A DNA stretch of 64,000 nucleotides from assembly GCA_965113315.1 (NCBI GenBank), contig OZ220373.1, one strand, 5' to 3'. Positions 1-14,200 of this stretch are shown here, piece after piece (within the stretch, counting starts at the first letter, position 1; every line of letters begins with the position of its first letter). The notes under the pieces were generated by a model. It had not been told where the DNA came from and searched no databases. It saw only the letters and a list, made by a program, of their open reading frames with translations. The position numbers and the translations under genes are program-made. The DNA comes from Podarcis vaucheri. Taxonomy: Eukaryota.

Positions 1-111
1 AAAAAGAAAAACGGTAAAAGTATGAATGATCGGTACCACTACATTACACACGTTTAAGTGATTCAACCCCCCTACCCAACTTTTTTCAAAACATATTTTC
101 CTTAGGCATCA

Positions 112-405
<294 letters not shown>

Positions 406-691
406 TTAGCCAATCTCTGGTTACATATTTTCTGGATGCTTGTGCTCTTCCAGTAAGCACCTGCTACTCTGCTGCTTAGTTTTGTTTTACTGCCTGTTGC
501 CCATTCTTCATATATTTTAATATATATCACTAGCAGATCTGAGGGGCCCAGAGATGCAGCGGTATAAACATACAGTTCAGCTACTGTACAAATGACCTAC
601 TGTGCTGCCATTACTTAGATGGAGAAATAACAAACAATGTTCAATTTAAAAAGAAGAATGCCATGGAAGGAACTGTTTTTTCAGCAGATCA

Positions 692-1039
<348 letters not shown>

Positions 1040-1100
1040 TCAAGGCTATACTCCCCAAATCCTCCTCTAGTTGTGCTCCTTAAACAAGGCTATTCCCTTG

Positions 1101-1230
1101 GTTGGAGAGTGTTCTCGAAGCTACAAACATGAGTCTGACCAAACTGCGGGAGGCAGTGGAAGACAGGAGTGCCTGGCGTCCTCTGGCCAATCGGGTCACG
1201 AAGAGTCGGACACGACTAAACAACAACAAA
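1101..1230 (+). mobile_element. Bov-B (RTE) LINE 3' end
   Basis: LREAVEDRSAWR...GTCACGAAGAGTCGGACACGACT plus (AAC)n tail; TSD ATTCCCTTG at 1092-1100 and 1231-1239. Confidence 0.88.
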
Positions 1231-1356
1231 ATTCCCTTGACTTCTGTTAGACTTCTCAAAGAATTCTTAGCTGCACTTTGTGTTTGATGCAGTTTCCTTC
1301 ACTGGCTTAAATAAACATTTAATTGACTATTGTTTGAGCAGAAAAGACATAATATA

Positions 1357-1856
1357 CCGTATTTTTCGCTCCGTAAGACGCACCTGACCACAAGGCACAC
1401 CTAGTTTTTAGAGGGGGAATGCAAGAAAAAAATATTCTTTAAAGGGAGCGCTGAGCAGAGCCTGTGTGCATCCCAGGCTCTGCTCAGCGCTGCCTTTCAC
1501 TAGCCGCATGGAGCATGTGTGCGGTGCTTGCAGGCTTTTCCCTGAGGAGTCACTGATGGGCTGCCCTTCTCCCTCCTCTGGGAAAAGCCCCCAAGAGCCA
1601 CACTCTGCGCTGCTCTTGGGGGCTTTTGCGGGAGGTGGGAGAAGTGACAGAGCTGCGCGCTCTTCTCAATTTCCCCCACCTCCCACAAAAGCCATGGATA
1701 GCCGCGCGAAGCCTCCGCAGGGCAGCGGGATGAAGGCTCCCCGCTGCCCTGCGGAGGCTTAGCCCACGAAGCCTGCATTCGCTCCATAAGATGCACACAC
1801 ATTTCCCCTTACTTTTTAGGAGGGGAAAAGTGTATCTTATAGAGCAAAAAATACAG
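1357..1856 (+). mobile_element. Tc1/mariner (Tc2-like, CCGTA-ended) MITE
   Basis: TIR CCGTATTTTTCGCTCCGTAAGA / TCTTATAGAGCAAAAAATACAG; TA on both sides; internal palindromes. Confidence 0.85.
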
Positions 1857-2339
1857 TACTTTCTTCGAAACCTCTGCATTCTGCATTTCTTCTCTTTCAT
1901 CTTGTGTGACAGATCCAACAAGCTTAACATATTTTTAATGTCAATTTACAAGTCTCCAAAGCTTCTAGTTCTCTTCAAGTTGCCTCAACACACTCTCTCT
2001 CTCTGTGTGTGTGTGTGTACACACACACGTACACACAAAATTAAAGGCATGTTCTTGTCTGGAATGCTTGATTTTTCCAAATGCTCCACATCCAGAACAC
2101 CTTGTACTATACAAGACATGCTTCGTGACATACCGTCAACCACCTCTATGTTTCCCATGATCAAAAGAAGGAAGCAATTACATTATGTACTGTGGAACCT
2201 AACACAGCAATATTCAAGTTTAAAGGTGCCCAAAACACAGAGTCAATCCTCAGAGAAAATATTACTAGAAGATGCTGAATGAACTAGATATCAGTTCAGC
2301 AGTGTCTAGTTTTCAAGAGATTCTAAGGGCAATCTTAAT

Positions 2340-2512
2340 CATAGGTCATAGAACTGCAGGGACCCCAAGGGTCATCTAGTCCAACCCCCTGCAATGCAGG
2401 GATCTCAGCTAAAGCATCCAAGACAGATGGCCATCCAATCTCTGCTTTAAAAACTCCAAGGAAGGAGAGTGCACTACCTTTCATGGGAGTCTGCTTCACA
2501 AACAGCTCTTAC
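2340..2512 (-). mobile_element. CR1 LINE 3' fragment
   Basis: TCATCTAGTCCAACCCCCTG...GATGGCCATCCAA...AACAGCTCTTAC, typical CR1 3' end. Confidence 0.75.
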
Positions 2513-2545
2513 AGGACAATATGATATAACTGTAACCACAAAGTA

Positions 2546-2876
2546 CAGTGGTGCCTCGCAAGACGAAAAGAATCTGTTCTGTGATTCTCTTCGTCTAGCG
2601 GTTTTTTCGTCTTGCGAAGCAAGTCCATTGACGGATTAGCGGATTAGCGCTATGCTATTAGCGGCTTTTAGCAGCTTATCTGCTGATCGGATCAGCTGAT
2701 AAACAGCTTAGCGGCTTAGAAAAAGGGGGGAAAACCAGCAGGAACTCGCAAGACATTGTCGTCTTGCGAAGCAAGCCCATAGGAAATTCGTTTTGCGAAG
2801 CACCTCCAAAACGGAAAACTCTTTGGTCTAGCGAGTTCTCCGTCTTGCGAGGCATTCGTCTTGCAGGGCACCGCTG
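2546..2876. mobile_element. Tigger/pogo-like (CAGT-ended) MITE
   Basis: TIR CAGTGGTGCCTCGCAAGACGAA / TTCGTCTTGCAGGGCACCGCTG; TA flanks. Confidence 0.82.
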
Positions 2877-3754
2877 TATGTCCCTATAATAGACCAACTA
2901 CCAGCCAAAATCGACTGCCAACAAATATTTCTTTGCTCCTCCTCAAACCATTCCACATTGCCAACTAGGACAAAAAAAAAAACCAGGCAATTCTTCCCTT
3001 TCCATTTATGCCAAAAAGTCTGCCTGACTATTTCTATTAAAAAGTGGCAGACTACCGCACAGTCCAGTAACCTCTCACAAGGGTTGCAGTAACAGAACAA
3101 TATGCTTTTTTAAAAAAATAACACAGAAAGGGATTTTATTTGCGGGGGGGGGGGGTCAATGTAGCAGAGTGGCCAAGTAACCAAGCCATGAACAACAAAA
3201 GCCCTGGGTCAAATCTCCCCCCAACTTTGCTCACCCCATCAGAAAAGGCCCTCCAAGCCTCAGCTTTCCCATATAGGATACAGCTGACATTACAAATCTA
3301 CCTTGGAGGACTTCTCAAAAGGACTGCCGAGGAAGAGTACAAAACAGCTACAACACTAAAAAAGCACTATTCCAATGTTCTGAATATTGTAGTTACTTTA
3401 GCCTGCAAGTATATGACCAGAAGATATTCCATATATTGCTTATTTAGGCATAGCACATTACCCAGTATGTCTACTCAGCAGGCCACCTGCACAACATTGT
3501 TCAAGCATAGAACACACCTTGATTAAAACACACAAGACAGCAATTAAACCATAGGTGCCCATACTTAAAACATGACACAGGAGAGGTGCTTAAAAGAAAA
3601 TTAAAAAGAGACTGTCCCTGCTAATCCCCGCACCTCAATAAACCGCTTCTCCCCATACTCCACAAGTTAATTCCACCTGCAATGGATTCTAATATAATCA
3701 ACCAAATGCAAGCACATTTACCTCATTTATTATAGAGAAGTGTTTACAACTTAC

Positions 3755-3808
3755 CCAGGCTGTGATTGACAGGAGAGAGTGTACTGGGAGACAGCTCTGC
3801 TGGAGATC
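3755..3808 (-). CDS. SMAD2: SMAD2 exon 7 (linker SP sites; SPAELSPSTLSPVNHSL)
   Basis: 54 bp, read manually (not in the ORF track); acceptor CCTCAG, donor GTAAGT. Confidence 0.96.
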
Positions 3809-5434
3809 CTGAGGAATTAATACAAAAAAAAATGCTAGTTCACAACAAAAAAATCACTTTAGTAATCCCATTTGGAGGCTGTGCCAGCAGCAGTTTTGAG
3901 GTCCTGGGACCCGTTTTCACTAGCACAATCCCATGTTAGATTTACTCTGAATATGCTACAATATTGCTACTGTTCAGCAAAAGTATATTTTGGAAAGTGA
4001 GCCAAAGGCAAGCTTTTTTCTAACTTAACAAATGCCAGTAACCTCATGCCATATGCACAGCAAATATTGTCCCTGTATTACAAAGACTGAGAAATACCCA
4101 TGTTTGCAGCCTGGGACGGGGCGTCTGCCATAACTGAAGGCAAGCAGAAACTGAACCGCTTCCTCGGCTAACTTCGGTTGGCTTCCTACTTAAGCCTACC
4201 CCTATCAGGAGTAGCAAAACAAAACAAAAACCCAAGGTTATGGGATCAGGGTGGGGGGACGGGCACACACAAAAAACCCCATACACATAACACCATCAAA
4301 CAAGCTGATAACCTGTGCTTTCGCCACTACATAATTGCTCCGCAAAGAAAAAGACAAAACTTTGCAAGGTTAGTCCTACGACAAGCACTGCTCTTTGATC
4401 TGCACACAATACAATTCATGCCTCTTGACACATTTCAAGACTTCCCAAGCAATGACCCACATTCAGCGCAGAGTATCTTTGCAGGCATTTATCTCCACAA
4501 CACTTCAACCTCTCACCAACCACAGCGTCCCCATTTTGACCCTGGACACTGAAGGCCATGTTGCCCCTTGCTTACATGAAATAACTCAGGCAGAGTACAG
4601 TATTCAGAGGATTTGGATTAAACTCAAATGGTTGCCTGGCCACTTGCAGAAACTAAAGGTCTGATTTAGACACAACAACTGCTTGTTGGACTAGGGCTAG
4701 TTCACAGTTTAAAACGGATAGCCCTTCTTTTTTGCTGCATCCAAACTTGGCAAAGTGGAGCTCACTCAAACTACAGCCTGTTAACAAATTGGGGTATCAA
4801 AAGCCAGGCTTGTTTCTAGTTTGTACTTGTAACAACCGGGGTTTTTTATATCAGAGCTGGGCCCCAAGACCTGCCGCTTTCCTGCTGTGAAGAGGTGTGC
4901 AGCTGCCTCACTCCCTTCCTTTCTTAATAGAGCTACTGGTTCTATAGTAAGGAGGGAGACAAAGGTAGCCTGCACATGTTACATTACTCCCACTTCTTGC
5001 CTTCAAGCATACCTTGAGGCTGAAAAAAGGCAGTGCGGTGTGGTAAACCTCCTTTACCAACCACATTTACTGCAAAAACGTCACACCTTTAGGGGGAAAG
5101 GGATGCTTTCATAACCTCAATTAACTACTACAAGGGGCACAACTCAAGACAACCCATGAAGGCAACTTGGAAGCTGCAGCTAGTGCGAAATGTACCTATC
5201 AGCTGATACAATTGGACGTGGAGTCATATTCCAAGGGGTGAACCTGGAGTCAGCCTGAATTAAGGCTGAACCCCATGTTGAGGCACAATTAGATTTCATT
5301 TTGTTAATGTAAGCCACCTTGAACTGTGGAAAGGGGGGCACAGAAATGTTTTAATAAATCTTCATCAGTACAAAGGGAGGTTTGCTAAGCCCCCTTACAT
5401 ATTTGAAGTCTTCAGTAAGAATTAAGACCGTTAC

Positions 5435-5509
5435 CTGTATCCATGCTTTGGTTCAACTGCTGGTCACTGGTTTCTCCATCTTCACTGATATAGCCGGGCG
5501 GTGGTGTTT
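5435..5509 (-). CDS. SMAD2: SMAD2 exon 6 (linker PY motif; [24 protein letters not shown])
   Basis: 75 bp, read manually; acceptor TTTTGGTAG, donor GTAACG. Confidence 0.96.
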
Positions 5510-5953
5510 CTACCAAAAGTACAATCAATGAGCCATTAAAATGAAAGGGTTCTCTCGGTGTCATGTACAACCTGAACACATTAAAGCTTTCGAAATTTGC
5601 AGAATTAAAGAGTGCACACAGCCTTTATTTTATAAATTGCAGGGGATCTCATTATGTCACTGTCTATGTTATGTGAGTAAAGAGGAACAAAACCCACCAG
5701 CCACCTGCCATTTACACTGCTCTCTACACTACATGCCCCTCTACACTGTGGATGGATGGATGGATTTCTAGCAGAGTTGATTGAAAAAGAGGCCACGCAG
5801 TGTGCACCACAAATGGGGCTAGATTATAACCAGTCCGAAGCAAGCCAAATACCAACTGACATGCCAATGGGCTCTAGTCTTCCAGGGAGAAAACAAAAAC
5901 ACCTCTCATCTTCCCTCCTCCCTTGGGGAACACGTACTGCAGAACATGAAGTA

Positions 5954-6520
5954 CCGTATATTTTGCCGCATAGGGCGCACCTAGTTTTTTTTGAGGGGGG
6001 GTTAAAGGGGGAAAAAATATTTTTCCCCGAGGCGCGGGGCGGGGGAAGCCCAAGCTTCCCCCGACCCCAGTACCCAAAACAGGCTGCTATCCGCAAGCCG
6101 TGGGAGAGCCGCGCGAAGCTCGAAGCCTGGGGGCGCTGAGCTCAGCGCGCCCCAGGGTTCGGGGTGCAGGCAGCTCTCCGCAAGAGGTGGGAGAGCTGCG
6201 TGACTTCGCACAGCTCTCCCATGGCTTGCAGAGAGCCGCGCGAAGCTCGAAGCCTGGGGGCACTGAGCTCAGCGCGCCCAAGGGTTCGGGGTGCAGGCAG
6301 CTCTCCGCAAGCCGTGGGAGAGCTGCGCGAAGTCGCGCAGCTCTCCCACGGCTTGCAGGCTTTCGCTGAAGCCTGGAGAGCAAGAGGGGTCAGGTGCGCA
6401 CCGACCCCTCTCGCTCTCCAGGCTTCAGCGAAAGCCTGCATTCACCCCATAGGATGCACACACATTTCCCCTTCATTTTTGGAGGGGGAAAAAGTGCGTC
6501 CTATAGGGCAAAAAATAAGG
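5954..6520 (+). mobile_element. Tc2-like MITE with internal 127-bp tandem duplication and hairpins
   Basis: TA-CCGTATATTTTGCC...GGCAAAAAATAAGG-TA; repeat units 6104-6230 and 6231-6357. Confidence 0.83.
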
Positions 6521-6706
6521 TATATGGCAACCTACATAGCTTTTTTTAAAAAAAAAGATGTTAAGAAAAATGAATCAATGTGTATTCATACACATACGGG
6601 ATCTGTTTCCATAGTGTAGATGCTATCTGCCTGTCACAAAACTGCAGGTGGCTTATACGTAAAATGTAAGAGAACAGAACAATCACAAAGCCAAATCAAT
6701 GTAGGG

Positions 6707-6957
6707 CATGGGTAGGCAAACTAAGGCCCAGGGGCCAGATCCAGCCCAATCGCCTTCTAAATCCAGCCCGCAGACGGTCCAGGAATCAGCGTGTTTTTAC
6801 ATGAGTAGAATGTGTCCTTTTATTTAAAATGCATCTTTGGGTTATTAGTGAGGCATAGGAATTTGTTCATTATTTTTTTCCAAAATATAGTCCGGCCCCC
6901 AACAAGGTCTGAGGGACAGTGGACCAGCCCCCTGCAGAAAAAGTTTGCTGACCCCTG
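6707..6957. mobile_element. hAT (Charlie-type) MITE
   Basis: TIR CATGGGTAGGCAAACT / AGTTTGCTGACCCCTG; perfect 8-bp TSD ATGTAGGG at 6699-6706 and 6958-6965. Confidence 0.9.
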
Positions 6958-7656
6958 ATGTAGGGGAACAAATTGTGGCTAAACAGGGCTAGAGGCACAT
7001 AGGAAGTTAAATGGATTAAACCCTGGAAAAAGAAGATGCAACACTTCTTTGGTTTACAAATCTTCAGGAAGAGGATTCCGATGTGTCTCTAGGCAGACTG
7101 CTGGGCCAGAGCTCTCTGACATCCCATAGCCAAGAGAGCAAGCAGGGGTCAATCTGCATATCTTAAAGGACAAGAGGGCTTCTATGTAAGAAGTACTCTC
7201 AAAGATATCCTGGACTCAGCCTATACAGATTGGAACATATAAAGCCACCTTGAATTAGGCTTTGAGGAACAGAACAAGGAAGAAGGATTTAGTGCACGTT
7301 TACTGCCTACACATTAAAATCTACTAGAAGCCAGAGTGGACTGTGCCTCTTATCCCAAATCCAGAATGTCAGCAGATGATCAAATGTCAAGACCATTCTC
7401 AACAATCCATTGATACCAAACTGAATTGTGAGTTGGGCAGGTTATCAATCCTGATAAAGATTCTTTTGAAAGCTGAACAGGCTTCTAAAGGGTCAGAGAA
7501 GCTACCACCAGCACAGCCGCTGGAAAGAAACTCAAATCCTGGGGTGCCCTACCCTCCTCCCTGCATTATTTGCTTTTTCTTTGGTTGCTATACTTGAAAT
7601 TAGTCCTTCAGGTGGCAAGAGGCCACTCGTCGCACCATTTGCTTTCACATAAATAC

Positions 7657-7791
7657 CTGGTATGTAATTGCTCTGTGGTTCAATTCCTGCTGGAAAGTTA
7701 GTGTTTTCGGGAATGGAATGAGTATAGTCATCAATTTGTGGAAGTTCAGTCAGAATCTCTGTATGTCGTGGTACGAGGACAGGAGGCAGAA
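7657..7791 (-). CDS. SMAD2: SMAD2 exon 5 ([44 protein letters not shown])
   Basis: 135 bp, read manually; acceptor CTCTCCCAG, donor GTATTT. Confidence 0.96.
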
Positions 7792-9810
7792 CTGGGAGAG
7801 GAGAAACAAATTCCCAAAAAATGTTAAGAGACTGCCTAGATTTCCTATAGCTTTGCTAGATTAGTGCAGACACTAAGTTGCATCAATCCTATCTGTGGGA
7901 CTAACAGTGCAGTTCTATGGATGTTTACTTGGAAATAACTCCCATTTTGGGACTTACTTCAACAGACAACCACAGAATTGCACAGCTACTGACTTGGGTA
8001 AATAGGTCTTCCTGAAAGGTAAGCATGCACAGGATTGCAGCCTCAGTATGTTAGGTAATATCATTTTCAATCAGTTATAATGATCAGTTTTGTTCTAAGA
8101 AAAAAAAGACAAGATAAATATTAGGTAAGAGAGAAGTCACAAGTATCCAGTATGGACAACATGCCAAGTGCTATCTCACCTGGAATCAAGCAGGATGTAT
8201 TGATTTTTTAATTCATTTTATTTAATAAATTTTATGAGCAACTTTTGAAAACAAAACATAGTTAAAACCATGCTCAAGGTGGTTTACAACATGAATAAAC
8301 ATAATTACAAAGGTAACAAAAGCAGTCATAAACAATAAACATTTTTAAAAAATCACAACCCAATTAAACACTTTTGACATAAATTGTGGTAAGCTCTAAA
8401 ATAAGGGTACAAAAAATTAGTATCAAAAAGAGAAACAACCCGGCTCACCCGCCAGCAAACAATACCTCAACCCAAAAGGCTGTTCAGCAGCCTCAGCTTT
8501 TGTAGCTGGAGTCAATCAGGGCCCCATCGTTCCAGGCCAGGTGGGAAAGGCCTGCAAAAAGCCATTTCCTTAAATAAAAAAAGACCTGGGTTCAACTACC
8601 CTATTCATTCAGGAAGCTCCTTGAGGGTAACCTCCAAGCCACTGCTTTCTGCACCAGCTGAAGCTTCCAATCTTCAAAATGTAGCCCAAGACAGAGGAGA
8701 CTCCAGCTTTCCAGACTGGATTTAAGCTGCACTGTATCTAGATAGGCTTATTGCTAGCTGCGACCCTAAGTTGATAAAAGACACTACTAGCCAACAACGA
8801 ATGTGAAGCCACCCACCAAACTATGAACCTGACCTTTCAGAGAGAATGCAACCCTACCCACAACAGATATACGAAGGGTCTTTGGCTCAGCCTTCGTCTC
8901 TTGGCTCTCCGTTCCCTAGGTGCTTTCTCAAGCAGAAAAGTTTAAGACGGACAGTCACATTTATTTCCCCTTCCTCCATGGAGTTTTGGATATCATGGCA
9001 TTCCCTGTTTTTAGTCATAACCACTTTGTGAAGCAGGTTTAAGGCTGGAAGACAGAGGCTGACCCAAGGCCAACCATTGAGTTTTACAGTCAACATCTGA
9101 ACCCTGGTTTTCTCAGTTTTGTCCAACATTCTGTTACAGAAAATAAATCCAACTAGGACAACCAGGGTGCAAATCCCAGCTGAGCAACAAAGGTCACAGG
9201 GCTGCCTTGAGCCAGACATTATTTCCCAGCATACGGCTGGGTTGTGAAGATAAAGCAGGAGTGGAGACGCAACATTCTAAGCTCCCTGTACAAATGCCAG
9301 TAAAAAAATTAAATGCATGCACCTCTTTTTGCTACTGATGCTTGAACTCTTACTGGCGGAAGCCACAAGGGAGACGCACTCCAGCTAGTAGCTGCTCACC
9401 TATGGAGTCCACTCCCCAGATACGGAAAAAAGGCTGAGCATACAAGTCAGCTTAGTGGCTACGACTAAAAAAGTAGGGGGGGGGGGCCTTTAAGCTGTAT
9501 GTGCATTTATTGAACTTATGTTAAAAACTACTGTGATTTGCTTCGAGTCTCTGCAACTGAGAACAAATAGTTTTGAAAGAGACGCTCTGCTGCCCTAGCT
9601 GCAAGCATTTTTGTTAACATTTTGCAATTCCAAACTATCCTGGGAGGCGCCAAACACATGCATTCAATACAACAACAATGCCTTTCAACATTTAAGCACC
9701 ATTGTCCGATTAAATTTTGGATTAGCTCTCACTCAAGCTCTTGGAATTCCAAAACAATAACATGGACTCCTTTCACTTCAGCTTTGCACACATTGTTAGT
9801 AAGATTCTTA

Positions 9811-10092
<282 letters not shown>

Positions 10093-11119
10093 TTAGGGAA
10101 GTTCTCAGGAAGCACATATAAGCCAAGATATTCCGTATCATTAGGCATATACAGCACCTCTCATTGCCACCACCCCTTTAAACCAGAGAGCCAACAAAAG
10201 ACATTTATGATGTTCTCAAGTAAAAGGTAGTGTTATCGTTAAAGCATACACTACTATTACTGGCACTTGAAATCAAGGAGTCCTTGGGGGACAGGGTGCG
10301 CTGGTGACAACGACTGCACATCTAAGCAAACAGTACATTACACCTAAGCCTGCTCACCATGAATACTATGCTACACTTTAGTTGACGCTGCTCCTTGCTT
10401 TAAGCACATCTCTGTCATACAAGATTGCGCATAAGGTTACAGCAGTCAGATCTCCAAGCAATCCACATCACTTCCCAACCTGAAGCTTGCGTTCGGCATA
10501 CACTGGGCTTGCTTGTGGTTTCACGGTCGGTTCCTCGCACCCCTTGCTGCTACCAGTTGAAAAGGTTTGCTAGTTTTAAGATAGACTGCCTAGGCCTACA
10601 CAAATGCAGATGGTTTATGACTCATGGGATGGGAAAGACAAACCTCAGTACACAATGCGAGTAAGGGTGACATGGAAAAAAAACCATCAAAAACCTAAAC
10701 AAGCTGCTCACTCCCCAAGTTGTGTCCCACACCTTCCGTAAGTCTCTGAATGCACATACCTGATCAGCTAACCCCACGCCCCGCCAAAAAAAACAAAACC
10801 CCAGTGTGCAATCTGTTTTAAACACACACACACTTGCCCCCAATTCTTATTAAACAAATACAGACCATATGGTTGCACCCCCCACCCCACCCCAAGTTTT
10901 CCCCTTTTCAGAACGGCACTGATGTGGAGAGAGGGTTTTTTTCTTTTCCAAAATTAGAATTTCATTGGTTAAAACATCAGCTGAGAACACTTAAGGCAAA
11001 ATCAGTTTTTTTTATAAAAAAATGCTTTGCTGACTAGGAAGCATTTCCACTAGACAAGACCCTTGAAAGCCAACCCTCCCACAAGATCTCTATAATGAGA
11101 CACAGGGCAGAATATTCAC

Positions 11120-11209
11120 CTGGTTTGTTCAGAGAAGCTGTATAGGCCTGTGGTATCCCACTGATCTATCGTGTTTGGTGTACTCAGTCCCCAAATTTCA
11201 GAGCAAGTG
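11120..11209 (-). CDS. SMAD2: SMAD2 exon 3 (SMAD2-specific 30-aa MH1 insert; TCSEIWGLSTPNTIDQWDTTGLYSFSEQTR)
   Basis: 90 bp; acceptor TATACACAG, donor GTGAAT; this exon distinguishes SMAD2 from SMAD3. Confidence 0.97.
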
Positions 11210-14200
11210 CTGTGTATAAAATTGAAAAAAAACAAAAACAAAAAAGTTGATGTGAATATGGAAGCATGGTTATTCAAACTACCATGATGTAAAGACATGG
11301 GGGGAATGTACAGAAAGCTTCCTTTCACATAGAAGATGCAGCTTTTCTTAAGCCTCAAACGCTGTATATTCTATATGAAGAAGGCCAATAAAATGGAACA
11401 TGTGATTCAAGGTAAAATGATGTTTCCAAAAAGGTGAACAAGTTCGCTGGGTTTAAGCAAACAGCATACTTTGAATATACCTTAAAACAGGCAAAACCTC
11501 CTCAACGTGGCAGTACACAATAGTATCTTCTATCTTTAGGGAGTATATTTGCAAGCATATGAAAAGTCAGTATGATGGTAGATTTCCACAAGTTGTTAAC
11601 ACAGCAATCAGGAACCACAAGAACGATGTAGATCTATTACTAGCTTGAATGTGCAGGCTTTTTTTTCTGTGTAGTGGAAAGGCCTTATGACAATCCTCTC
11701 CCATTTTCTTCAGTGCCATATAAGAAAAAGGATACGTCCAATGTTATGCTGTTGCAAAGTACACATTTATGCAGGCTGAAATCCAACAGGATAAGTTCAA
11801 ACAGCTCAACTTAAGGTACAAGAAATGCCATTTATTAACTCAAAAAACCTTTAAGTTGCCAAATGAAGATGGCAGTCATTTCACAAAAGACAAAGATTTA
11901 ATGGATGTCCCAGCAACCAACGTCATCAATATGGGTACAATATTACAACAAACCTGATTTATACCTGTGACAGAATGCCTACATGGAATATCACTGACTA
12001 TTTATTCTATACCGTTTTGTATTCTTTAGGAACCAGCCGCTGCACTTTGCTTTCCACCTCCTGGAAGAGTTCTCAGTTATGCACCTTACTCTCTGGCAAT
12101 AATGCCCTATTTCTGGATGGCCAAATGTCACAAGTCAAAAGAAGCAAGCCAATTTACATGCTTAGTGGTATGAACTTCGTTTGCTTAACTCTAGCGGTTA
12201 CCCAACAGTGATTGGTCAACACATCCCTTTTTTTATTTCCTCAATTCACTTTCCAAGTACGATGAATAAATAAATAAATAACCTCTTTGAATATATTTGA
12301 GTCACCCCTTAACTGAGGGTTCTCTGGGTGACACAGTTTAAATGGATACACAGTCATAAAACATAATTATGGCACAGCACTGAAATCCATCAGAACCACA
12401 ACGCAGGAGACTGAACACACCTCTTCACTGTCATGTAACACAGCAATCTTGACAGCAGATACTCAATATCAATAAAAGATGCTAGCACTATATTAAACTG
12501 ACTTTTTTTGTAAACTAGAGGGTTTGTTTTAACCATCAAACTGCCTATTAATTTTGCTAAATAAATAAATAACCAATTAAAACACTAAAAACCTTTAGTG
12601 AATTAAAGGACTTGTCTAGCACCAAAAAGACATTAAGCCAGGCAAGCCTTTCTAAGGAAGGTGTTCCAAAACTGAGAGGTGGGAGGGCACTGCTGAGAAA
12701 GCCTTCTCTGTAGCTTTCTACACTTCAGAATCAGGAAGAACTTGGAGCAGTGCCTCTGTAGATGTTGGAGGTCAGGTAGAGATTTATGAAATAAGGTGGT
12801 CCCTTTGGGTATTGAGGTTCTAAGCCCACATGTATGTGTGCTATATAACACTAGCCCGATTTGCTAGTGTCGGTCTTCTGTAGCTGAAATGCAGAAGAAG
12901 AATGAAAAACTTCCACAATTCTTTCCTAATTGGAATTCCTGCTGCAAATCTGACCAGTAAGTGGTTATTTGTAGTCTTCAAAATACACAAATTTCTTGGA
13001 AAATATCAAGTCCATTTCTGGTCTTCCTTCCCATCACACCCCAATGTCTTAGAGAGACTTCAATTAGGAAACAGAGCCAATTCCCACGCATGGTTTTTCT
13101 TCCAGCCACCACTGCATGTGAAAAGATAAGTCAGTACTCAAACCTATGAAGGTTTTGCAGCAACGATCTATCAACTGGAAACTGCTCCTGCTCATAAATT
13201 GTAATCGCACAAGTGTTATGGATGTTTCATCTGAGGTTTTCCGCATGTGTGCAACAGATATAAATAACCCTGATCAACACTCGTTTATTGCAAATTAAAG
13301 ATATCCCAAGTGGTTCAGAACAATTAACCATAGTTGAGGAACCAGGACTTGGCCACAGATGATTGCATATTCCCCCATGGAAGTTCCCACCAAGTGCTTC
13401 TTGGTGCTATGCATATACCATTCACAAACTGAATAAAAAGAAGTGTTAAAACTCCAATGAAGAACCTGTTAAAGGAGGGAAGGGAAAATTCATACAGCCA
13501 AGTAACCCAAGCAGCAGCTGCCGCCCCTCAATTCCTAAATTATGGTTGAATTCTAGATGGCACTGGCTCACCCTAGTATTGACAGCAGCCACAAATGACC
13601 TTTTAAAATATAGAAAATATTTTAGCTGCTATCACTAGGACCTATAGATGTTCAATTCACCAGATTCCAAGGAGGTCCCACAAAACAGTCCCGTGTGTGT
13701 GTGTGTGGTTTTGTCTGTTGCTCACATGCCAATCTACACCCTTGAAGTCCCAGGGTGTGGGCTGAAGGCCCATGAAAAAAACTATTTGTTGAAGCTAAGC
13801 AATTCTGGATTTAGTTAGTGCCTGGATATGCACTGGTTCCGTGACAAAAGAAAGGAATAATATAGATGTAAGAAAATTAAATATTTAAGCATAGCGCTTG
13901 ACTCCAACCTCACTGCCCCCTGGAAATAAAATGAGGCTGTTGCGCTTTATTCCTGCATTTCATTCATTTTCTGTATTTCATTAAGTTAACTTTCTGGGAA
14001 AGTTTCGTACGCAGACCACAAGGACACTTCTGAAAAACAGTCTCTGAAGTGTCTCAAGCCCACAAGACCATTTTCTCCCTTTGGAAGAAGCTTCCAAAGC
14101 AGCTTTTCGTTTGGCACGCACACTTTTAGAGGAATGGTTTTGGAAATTAGTACCTGCTAAGGTTGACCAGAACTTCCTGTTGACTCGCTAAGTTTTTAGA

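Noticed and set aside
6090-6440. CRISPR-like or coding repeat array (several overlapping GC-rich ORFs)
   Set aside because: Two 127-bp tandem units without unique spacers inside a TA-flanked MITE in a vertebrate intron; the ORFs are by-products of GC content
9064-9130. Possible cryptic exon in SMAD2 intron 4 (TTTTCTGTAACAG...GTCAGC on the minus strand)
   Set aside because: Weak donor, not frame-preserving and no homology support
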